Origin: a virus
IMG/VR virus record: IMGVR_UViG_3300025530_000001
Location: 1-64,000 of that record
DNA length: 64,000 nucleotides
Direction: 5' to 3' (one strand)
Shown here: one piece after another, positions 16,019 to 22,315 of the stretch
How positions within the stretch are numbered: position 1 is the first letter of the stretch
Layout: the number at the start of each line of letters is the position of its first letter
Notes under the pieces: generated by a model
Told to the model about the DNA's origin: nothing
The model's database searches: none
What the model saw: the letters and a program-made list of their open reading frames with translations, nothing else
Position numbers and translations under genes: made by a program

Positions 16019-16201
16019 ATGGAGCAAATTCTCATGAAGCTCGTTGAGCGAATCAAATACGAAGAGAGAGCTGCCAAGGAGCGATTGGAAAATAGTCCGA
16101 TGATGACGGACTACTGGATGGGCAGAAACAGTCTGGCGAGAGAACTCCTTAATCTGTATAGGACACTCAGTGACGATAAAATTGAAGTGAAGGAAGGTTG
16201 A
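16019..16201 (+). CDS. hypothetical protein
   Basis: 60 aa with GGGGAGG RBS 7 nt upstream. Confidence 0.6.
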   Translation: MEQILMKLVERIKYEERAAKERLENSPMMTDYWMGRNSLARELLNLYRTLSDDKIEVKEG

Positions 16202-16206
16202 TCTGA

Positions 16207-16521
16207 ATGGCTGTTTGGTATCGAGGGGGGGGCTGGATATACGATGACTTTACCAGGGAAGTGGTATACATAGAACCGCATGAGCGGGAAGAAGGAACGT
16301 TGATCGACAGGCAATATGTATCGATCGTCATCCCATTTGAACATGTTCAAGACTTGGTGCATCTTCTCGAACAGAAAGGACTGTTTGTTCCGAAGATGAC
16401 GAGAAAAACCAGGGATCCGGATCTAAAGATCATTCATCGTCTGATGGATATCATCGAGAAGCAGGTGGAACACAATGACAGAGCTTGCGGAAGCGTACAT
16501 ATGGAAGCTCAACGGAATTAA
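16207..16521 (+). CDS. hypothetical protein
   Basis: 104 aa with GAAGGAAGG RBS region. Confidence 0.6.
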   Translation: MAVWYRGGGWIYDDFTREVVYIEPHEREEGTLIDRQYVSIVIPFEHVQDLVHLLEQKGLFVPKMTRKTRDPDLKIIHRLMDIIEKQVEHNDRACGSVHMEAQRN

Positions 16522-16894
16522 CCACGTGAAAGACGGCGTGTACGTAGCATATGCAAAAGACAGTGATTTTGATCCTCTTGTTCATTTTTGGTGGAGCAAG
16601 TATCAAGGTGAACGAGTGTTGCTGTGCTTGCTGCCAGGAGAACGATTGGAGCACCTGGAGCGATTTGATTTCAGTATTGCTATGAGATTGATGCCTCAAG
16701 GCTATATAGTGGCCAGGATCGACTGGGAAAAAGAATATTTGACGATGGATAAGCATGGGATCTGGATTCACACTGCGGGCGAAGAGGAAAAAGCCATGTG
16801 GCAGCCGTGCATGGATGATCTCATGGCCACCGATTGGCAAGTGCTGCGGCCGGCGACTCTGAATATTAAAGAAGGTGACATGTCAGATGAATAG
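16475..16894 (+). CDS. DUF2829 (Tad2-like) domain protein
   Basis: 139 aa with AGGTGGA RBS. The C-terminal ~60 aa, FSIAMRLMPQGYIVARIDW...MWQPCMDDLMATDWQVL, match the DUF2829 pattern F..A....G..V.R..W ... W.....DLLA.DW.[IV]. Confidence 0.6.
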   Translation: MTELAEAYIWKLNGINHVKDGVYVAYAKDSDFDPLVHFWWSKYQGERVLLCLLPGERLEHLERFDFSIAMRLMPQGYIVARIDWEKEYLTMDKHGIWIHTAGEEEKAMWQPCMDDLMATDWQVLRPATLNIKEGDMSDE

Positions 16895-16916
16895 CCATGA
16901 AAAAGAAGACGGAAAA

Positions 16917-17000
16917 ATGGTATACGGTGTCATGTGGGCTCTTTGGATTGAGATTGTAGCAACCATCGTGATATTCGGCATCATCAAGCTCTGGGGGTAA
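16917..17000 (+). CDS. tiny hydrophobic peptide (27 aa)
   Basis: MVYGVMWALWIEIVATIVIFGIIKLWG is a single TM-like helix. Weak RBS. Below the ORF-track cutoff. Confidence 0.25.
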   Translation: MVYGVMWALWIEIVATIVIFGIIKLWG

Positions 17001-17170
17001 TGAGTATGTCATTGTGTTTGCGATGTGTAGAGTTTTCCAGGCGACCAGGCGAAGAGGAGAATAATTTCTGTTGTCACTACAAAGTGAAGCTGGGAGAGCT
17101 GAAGAAGGACTGCACTCACTTCTTTGACAGGAAGGACGCAACCAGCACGCCGAAACCGAAAGGAAATTGA
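17000..17170 (+). CDS. small Cys-rich protein (56 aa)
   Basis: MSMSLCLRCVEF...NNFCCHYKV...KKDCTHFF has a CxxC/CC/C-x-H pattern. TAATG overlap with the preceding peptide. Followed by a terminator. Confidence 0.35.
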   Translation: MSMSLCLRCVEFSRRPGEEENNFCCHYKVKLGELKKDCTHFFDRKDATSTPKPKGN

Positions 17171-17207
17171 AGAAAAATGGAGATATTTAAAGATTTAAAA
17201 AATTTTC

Positions 17208-17230
17208 GAAAAGAGCCTTCGGCTCTTTTA
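17208..17230 (+). terminator. rho-independent terminator (A-run/T-run, bidirectional shape)
   Basis: AAAAGAGCC-ttc-GGCTCTTTT. Confidence 0.7.
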
Positions 17231-17276
17231 ATAATAACGGGCCAATAAGCGCTGTAGCGCCCGATATTCATTCGAA

Positions 17277-17480
17277 ATGGCGCCATTTGCAAAACGAAAA
17301 TACATCTACACGGTGCTCGGGATAGGAAGACATTCAGAGTCGGGTGATCTGATGGTGGCATGCACATGTGACGAAGAAGGGCTGACCATTGTGCCGTTAA
17401 ATCGTTGGGCAAAGTGCTTTACGGAAATCAAGGCAGGTGAACTGCGTGGAGCTAGTCAACCTATATTTAGAAATGGCTAA
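17277..17480 (+). CDS. DUF1653-like small protein
   Basis: 67 aa. YIYTVLGIGRHSESGDLMVAC...PLNRWAKCF resembles the DUF1653 pattern Y.v...a.HSE....vvY...RP...F. No clear RBS. Confidence 0.45.
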   Translation: MAPFAKRKYIYTVLGIGRHSESGDLMVACTCDEEGLTIVPLNRWAKCFTEIKAGELRGASQPIFRNG

Positions 17481-18039
17481 AAGAAGGCGGCATCGAAGCG
17501 AAAACAGATTTCAGGTTTGGGATGATTTCATAAACTCTGAGGAGCGCTTCATCGCTGTGGTGGCAGGAAGAAGGACCGGAAAAACAACAGCTGCTATGAA
17601 AAGGGCGATCATGAACACGAAAAATACTTATTTGATCACAGACTGCATGCCAAGACAATTAGACGTGTTTATCCAAATAGCCAACGAAATGGGCATGGAA
17701 TACGAGATCGTAAGAAACTCACCACCTGGCTATGCTGAAGTGCGAGTAAATGATAAAAGCGTTCATTTGTGTTCACCACATTGGTTTAATAAATTTGCTC
17801 ATTTTTCTATGTTGCATGGAAATGAGATTATTTTGGATGAACCAGAAATGAACGTTGTATTATTTAATATGTTAGAACAAAATTCGCAATACCTTGAGAA
17901 TATCGCCGACGTAGTAATGGTTGGTAGTATTCAATATAATTCTCCCTCTGAATTCAAAAATTTTTATGAGCGATGCAGAAATGGCAAGGGATATAGCGCC
18001 AAAATCACACTCAAATCCGGAGTGTATCAGCAAGGCTGA
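17446..18039 (+). CDS. P-loop ATPase resembling a stand-alone terminase-type ATPase domain
   Basis: Walker A VVAGRRTGKTTAA and Walker B IILDEPE, followed by VMVGS. Start placed at GTG 17446 (AGGTGA 5 nt upstream). Track start is 17437. Confidence 0.6.
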   Translation: MELVNLYLEMAKRRRHRSENRFQVWDDFINSEERFIAVVAGRRTGKTTAAMKRAIMNTKNTYLITDCMPRQLDVFIQIANEMGMEYEIVRNSPPGYAEVRVNDKSVHLCSPHWFNKFAHFSMLHGNEIILDEPEMNVVLFNMLEQNSQYLENIADVVMVGSIQYNSPSEFKNFYERCRNGKGYSAKITLKSGVYQQG

Positions 18040-18078
18040 CTGTTTTCTGTCGGAGCAAGCACAAACATCAAATTATAT

Positions 18079-18092
18079 TGTAATGCATTACA
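18079..18092. promoter_or_regulatory. palindromic motif copy 5 (TGTAATGCATTACA)
   Basis: Exact motif occupying the -35 region of TATAAT 18101-18106, upstream of tRNA-Ser. Confidence 0.65.
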
Positions 18093-18210
18093 ATATATTA
18101 TATAATGGTTGTGGCGAGTCATGTTCTTCTCCTTTCTTTCGGAGAGTTCCTGGCATTTGTGCCCTTGTGTGGATTGGATCACCGATCGATGCAGGGGCAC
18201 TTGTTCGTAA

Positions 18211-18299
18211 GGATGGATACCGAAGTGGTCATAACGGGGCGGTCTTGAAAACCGTTAGGGTGCAAGCCCACGGGGGTTCGAATCCCTCTCCATCCGCCA
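18211..18299 (+). tRNA. trnS(UGA): tRNA-Ser (anticodon UGA), type II with long variable arm, CCA encoded
   Basis: Acceptor GGATGGA/TCCATCC. Anticodon stem GCGGT/ACCGT with loop CTTGAAA. Variable arm GGGTGCAAGCCC. T-arm GGGGG-TTCGAAT-CCCTC. Discriminator G plus CCA. Confidence 0.85.
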
Positions 18300-18311
18300 A
18301 CAAGAATCAAC

Positions 18312-18340
18312 CCAGCGATCAAGGAGTCGCTGGTTTTTTT
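18312..18340 (+). terminator. rho-independent terminator after tRNA
   Basis: CCAGCGA-tcaaggag-TCGCTGG followed by TTTTTTT. Confidence 0.8.
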
Positions 18341-18399
18341 ATGCTCGATAAGGAAAAGAGTTGAAATTTCATCCAACCTGGGGTAAAATAAGAACATAA

Positions 18400-18419
18400 A
18401 TAAGAACATATGTTCTTAT
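18400..18419. promoter_or_regulatory. perfect 20-bp palindrome containing a Gram-positive LexA (Cheo) box
   Basis: ATAAGAACATATGTTCTTAT. The core AGAACATATGTTCT fits GAAC-N4-GTTC. An extra direct half-site, ATAAGAACATA, lies at 18388-18398. Confidence 0.6.
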
Positions 18420-18438
18420 AAAATTTATCATTGGGGGA

Positions 18439-18467
18439 TTGATTAAAACGGTGTAATGCATTACAAT
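18439..18467 (+). promoter_or_regulatory. sigma-A-type promoter (TTGATT-17-TACAAT)
   Basis: -35 at 18439-18444 and -10 at 18462-18467. The spacer and -10 overlap palindrome copy 6. Confidence 0.6.
18452..18465. promoter_or_regulatory. palindromic motif copy 6 (TGTAATGCATTACA)
   Basis: Exact motif overlapping the -10 TACAAT. Confidence 0.65.
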
Positions 18468-18473
18468 ATTATT

Positions 18474-18574
18474 GTCACTCTCGAAAGTCACAGACGGTAG
18501 AGATCATGCTCATGCGAATCAATCAAACCACAGGATGCAAAAGAAGCGGGCCGGCACACCCGCTTCTTTTGTTT
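18474..18574 (+). ncRNA. candidate ~100-nt sRNA
   Basis: Bounded by promoter 18439-18467 and strong terminator 18539-18574. The only overlapping ORF (TTG start, no RBS) reads through the terminator. Confidence 0.4.
18539..18574 (+). terminator. rho-independent terminator
   Basis: AAGAAGCGGG-ccggcaca-CCCGCTTCTT (10 bp) followed by TTGTTT. Confidence 0.8.
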
Positions 18575-18634
18575 ATCTATCAAAAATTTATTTGGCAGAA
18601 TATGCTTGTATTACGAGATTGAATCTGATATATT

Positions 18635-18663
18635 TGTCATACAGTGTATGCAATTGTATGACA
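18635..18663. repeat. inverted repeat upstream of parM-like gene (operator / centromere-like candidate)
   Basis: TGTCATACA-N11-TGTATGACA. TTGTAT-like repeats nearby. 32 nt upstream of ATG 18695. Confidence 0.45.
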
Positions 18664-18694
18664 CTATAAATTAAGAGAGAGGAGATTTGTACAT

Positions 18695-19900
18695 ATGGCG
18701 AAAACAGAAAATGAGCTGAAACAGGTTCAGAAAGCTTCACGACGCCCGATCCTGGTCGCACTGGATTTGGGGTATGGATGGACAAAGATTCTGTCCAGCG
18801 CCGGAATTAACTTCACCTATCCTAGTATGGCTGTTCCAGGTGTTGCGAACACGAAGCTGTTCCGTTTGAGTGAGATCGATCGCCGCAAGATGATTGTGAC
18901 GGTTGATGGAGGCACCTGGCTGGTCGGCGACTACGCCAAGACGAAATCGGATGGAAGAACTACGAATCGCACAGAGGAACGGGATCGTGTGTCGGATCCA
19001 AAATCTCGTGTGCTGTATCGCACTGGTATTGCTCTCGGGGTTCCGGATGAAGAGGGCGAATACGATGTCATTATTGAAACCGGTGTGCCAAACGAAGAGT
19101 ATTTCTGGGCCGGCTACATGAAGCGGCTGGAAGATTTCCTCAGAGAATCCTTTGAAATCACATTCGATTTGGGTCAAGGGAAGTCGGTGACTAAGAAAAT
19201 CAACGTGGTTGATGTGCATATCATTCGCCAGCCTGAAGGAACGGTTCTGAATAGCCAATTCCAATTCAATCCGAATTACGGTGCAAATGAAAGCGAGCCA
19301 TTCCTCAATCAGATCGACGACACTGACAAGTTCTTTGGCGTCATTGATATTGGCCAGGGGACAACTGACTATGCACTGTTTGATGGCGTGTCGATTCGCA
19401 ACGACGAACGCTCATCCGGCTCTACGGAAGCAACCAATGCCGTGTATGATAAGCTGCGCACCAGCTTGTCGATTCGGTTCTCAGAAGAGGGCAGAACCTA
19501 CAAGCCCACAGACTCTGAACTTGACACCATGATTCGCACAAAGAGCCTGTGGTACGCACAGGACACCCATGATGTCTCCGAAGAAGTAAGCCGTGCAGTA
19601 TCAGAGGTGGCGGAGCTGCTGGTTGATGAGGTGACACGTTCGTGGAAGGATGACATCAATCGTCTCCAGTCCATTCTGATCACCGGCGGCGGAGCAGAAG
19701 CTTTCTATGACGCGCTCGTCGAGGCGTTTAAGTCTCGCAAAATTACCGGCCTTGTCAAGGCGAACTTCGCACAATACAGCAATGTGCTGGGCTTCTATCA
19801 AATGGGTGTTCTCCACCAGATCGACCTTGGCCTGGAAGTAGATTCGGCGTTTGAGTCCTATGTTAAGCCCCTGCTTGAAATGCTGGGAGAGGCAGAGTGA
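18695..19900 (+). CDS. actin-like segregation ATPase (ParM/Alp family)
   Basis: 401 aa. Phosphate-1 ALDLGYGWTK, phosphate-2 VIDIGQGTTDY, adenosine motif ILITGGGA. GAGAGGAG RBS. Confidence 0.8.
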   Translation: MAKTENELKQVQKASRRPILVALDLGYGWTKILSSAGINFTYPSMAVPGVANTKLFRLSEIDRRKMIVTVDGGTWLVGDYAKTKSDGRTTNRTEERDRVSDPKSRVLYRTGIALGVPDEEGEYDVIIETGVPNEEYFWAGYMKRLEDFLRESFEITFDLGQGKSVTKKINVVDVHIIRQPEGTVLNSQFQFNPNYGANESEPFLNQIDDTDKFFGVIDIGQGTTDYALFDGVSIRNDERSSGSTEATNAVYDKLRTSLSIRFSEEGRTYKPTDSELDTMIRTKSLWYAQDTHDVSEEVSRAVSEVAELLVDEVTRSWKDDINRLQSILITGGGAEAFYDALVEAFKSRKITGLVKANFAQYSNVLGFYQMGVLHQIDLGLEVDSAFESYVKPLLEMLGEAE

Positions 19901-19907
19901 TTCTGCG

Positions 19908-20099
19908 ATGCTTCTACAATCCAGAATCAATCAGGTACGTCAGAAAAAGATTCACGACTACTTTCAGAAGATTCCTGATGGCGAAAGAAGCAGGGAGCTG
20001 CGCCGACTACTGAATATTGCCATAGATATTGAGAATAAACGGAAAAAATCTAAGAAAATAGACACAAATGACGATGATTTGATTGAGCAACACTCCTGA
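19908..20099 (+). CDS. small ribbon-helix-helix-like adaptor candidate (ParR-like)
   Basis: 63 aa immediately downstream of the parM-like gene. Basic tail KRKKSKK. Weak RBS. Confidence 0.45.
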   Translation: MLLQSRINQVRQKKIHDYFQKIPDGERSRELRRLLNIAIDIENKRKKSKKIDTNDDDLIEQHS

Positions 20100-20118
20100 T
20101 GGAGTGTTGCTCTTTTTT
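20085..20118 (+). terminator. rho-independent terminator
   Basis: GAGCAACACTCC-tgat-GGAGTGTTGCTC (12 bp) followed by TTTTTTG. Confidence 0.85.
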
Positions 20119-20271
20119 GTTGATGGGGATCAAGTTTAAGTTAATCTAAGCTGTCATTGTAAAATTAAGATGTAGGGGTCTATGCACCGCCCTAACCAAC
20201 ACCAATGGGGATTTATGAGGGTAAGAGTGCGGACCTCTTATTCTTTAATTGCAGGAAGGGATGGAAGTCAA

Positions 20272-21036
20272 ATGAGTACGGGGCCCAAGACAGAAGCTGG
20301 TAAGCTAACAGTATCGCAAAATCTGAGCCCTACTGCCTGGACGTTGAATCCGGATGCTGTGGCTGCCATTGATGTAGCAAAGCGCATGAGAAGCACCAAG
20401 CATGGCCTTTATGCCAGCGTGCCTATTATTTGCAAAGGCCGGGCTTGTCCATATAGAGAAAACTGCATCCTGTACAAATCCGATATGGCGCCGGTGGAGG
20501 AAAAATGCCCGATCGAGATCGCTGCGATTGAGGATCTCTATGAGCGATACTGCCAGCATTTCAATATCAACCCGGATAATCCAAGTCCTAAAGACACCAT
20601 TGACTTGACGATGATCCGGGAGATGGTAGACATCGATGTCACCATTTTGCGATGCGACAACAAGATGGCCATTGATGCCGATTTTATTATCCAGAACGTA
20701 GTCGGCTTGACTGAAGATAGCGAGCCGATCACCAAATCCGAGCTTCACCCGGTGGTTGAATATAAGGAGAAGCTAAGAAGCCAAAAGTTCAAGATCCTGC
20801 AGCTCATGAACTCTACTCGCCGAGACAAAGAAGGCACGAAGATTCATGTAGAGGTGGATCCATCTGAGCGAGCAGCTCAAATGATTCAGATTCAGAGTGA
20901 ATTGGCACGGATTGAACAAGAAGAGGACGAGGCGGAAAGAAAATACTATGAGCGCATGAGAGGATCATCGACAATCATAGATGTGACGCCAATCGGTTTC
21001 GACGAGGAGGAAGGTGATCAGAATGGCTCCAACTAG
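20272..21036 (+). CDS. hypothetical protein; small-terminase candidate by position only
   Basis: 254 aa from ATG 20272. CKGRACPYRENC Cys cluster and C-terminal coiled-coil/acidic tail. Lies 1.3 kb upstream of TerL. Confidence 0.35.
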   Translation: MSTGPKTEAGKLTVSQNLSPTAWTLNPDAVAAIDVAKRMRSTKHGLYASVPIICKGRACPYRENCILYKSDMAPVEEKCPIEIAAIEDLYERYCQHFNINPDNPSPKDTIDLTMIREMVDIDVTILRCDNKMAIDADFIIQNVVGLTEDSEPITKSELHPVVEYKEKLRSQKFKILQLMNSTRRDKEGTKIHVEVDPSERAAQMIQIQSELARIEQEEDEAERKYYERMRGSSTIIDVTPIGFDEEEGDQNGSN

Positions 21037-21355
21037 GTTTTACGGCATGCTTCAGCAAACCGGGGTCCGATCCGTCAACAATTTATGGAGCGGGTATGAG
21101 TTGTCCAGCAAAGGAAAGAAGGCGGCATGGGGCGTTCTCGGGACGTATGCTGCTTACCGAGTGATCCGGAGCGGCAACGATGAGATCAGAAACGCAGTCG
21201 AGAACTACAATCTTGATCAAGGCGGCGTTCAATCTCTGCCATCAACAAGGGCAGATGGAATTGGATATACAGCTTCGCCAGGCGGATACAAAGACAGCAT
21301 GCTTCCTACCGGAGATCTCGTATTCGCTCTTCACAATTTGAGGCATGGAGGATGA
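21023..21355 (+). CDS. hypothetical protein
   Basis: AAGGTGA RBS 5 nt upstream of ATG 21023. Confidence 0.6.
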   Translation: MAPTRFYGMLQQTGVRSVNNLWSGYELSSKGKKAAWGVLGTYAAYRVIRSGNDEIRNAVENYNLDQGGVQSLPSTRADGIGYTASPGGYKDSMLPTGDLVFALHNLRHGG

Positions 21356-21361
21356 TGGGAC

Positions 21362-21829
21362 ATGCCAATTTCACCGCAATATGCATTACAAGCCAAAAAC
21401 CCGCAAAAAGCCAAAACCACCGCTGATGTTCAAGGAAAACAACCAAGGAGCATGAAGGGTGTGCTGGGCTCTGCCTTCGGGTATGGCATGATCGGCGTCG
21501 ATGCATACATGCGAGTAAAAAATGGTGAAAGCATGCTGCCAGCTGTCGGAAAGGCGCTGGTCACGAACGCTCTATGGGCCATGGCGCCTGGTGGTTGGGG
21601 CGCAGCTCTCGGGCTGGGATTCCTGGAGTCAGCACCGCAACTCGCCAATATTGTTGACGCCAAAGCGAGCATGCTTGGCGCAAAAGTTCAAATGTTTGGC
21701 GGTGGCTACACACAAAACGAAGGCCAAGAGTGGATGAAAAATGAAAGTATGATGAACATGGTTCAAGCCAGAAACACAGGTGCAGCAATAATGGCCAATC
21801 ATGCCCGTTCAGCGAGAAAGCTATATTGA
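21362..21829 (+). CDS. membrane protein (Gly-rich TM segments)
   Basis: 155 aa with GGAGGA RBS. Gly-rich stretches GVLGSAFGYGMIGV and MAPGGWGAALGLGFL. Confidence 0.6.
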   Translation: MPISPQYALQAKNPQKAKTTADVQGKQPRSMKGVLGSAFGYGMIGVDAYMRVKNGESMLPAVGKALVTNALWAMAPGGWGAALGLGFLESAPQLANIVDAKASMLGAKVQMFGGGYTQNEGQEWMKNESMMNMVQARNTGAAIMANHARSARKLY

Positions 21830-21842
21830 GGAGGTCATCATC

Positions 21843-22253
21843 ATGAATGAACCGTATTACAGGGTCAAGCGAGATAGTGTTTGGGATGGTGCGGCCACAG
21901 GAGCATTGGTCGGCGGGGTTGCAGTTTCCGGAGCTCAATTTGCTGCAGCTCGGGTCAGAAGATCCCAACTCAGCGACTACAGGAGACGCATGCGCGGAAT
22001 TGAAGACATTCGTGACAGAGAATTGCTAAGAGCTGCAAGTATGGCACAAAGGGGAGATACGCTTGGAGCAGTTACTCATGCAACCGGTGCTGCAAATATG
22101 TCTGAAACCGCCATGAATGCGCTCAGGAAAGACGTTAGGGCCAACAACATGTACGGCAAATTCTTTGGGACACGCCAAAGAAGATTGGCTACCTATGCCG
22201 CAGGCGTTCTTGGTATGGGATTGGCTGGCGCGGCCATTGATCGTATGAATTAA
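21843..22253 (+). CDS. glycine-zipper membrane protein, MNEPY paralog 1
   Basis: GAGGAGG RBS. MNEPYYRV...GAATGALVGGVAVSG...GVLGMGLAGAAI. Confidence 0.65.
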   Translation: MNEPYYRVKRDSVWDGAATGALVGGVAVSGAQFAAARVRRSQLSDYRRRMRGIEDIRDRELLRAASMAQRGDTLGAVTHATGAANMSETAMNALRKDVRANNMYGKFFGTRQRRLATYAAGVLGMGLAGAAIDRMN

Positions 22254-22315
22254 AACAAGCGAATACGATCCAGCTATTCTGTTGGTCTGCTGACGAGATT
22301 TCATAAAGTGTGGTG

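Noticed and set aside
18121-18210. 32-aa Cys-rich ORF in the tRNA leader, ending exactly at the tRNA 5' end
   Set aside because: No RBS is present and it lies inside a probable tRNA precursor leader, so it is likely fortuitous.
18472-18669. 65-aa TTG-initiated ORF
   Set aside because: It has no RBS, it reads through a strong intrinsic terminator, and its composition is poor. The region is better treated as an sRNA plus the parM promoter region.
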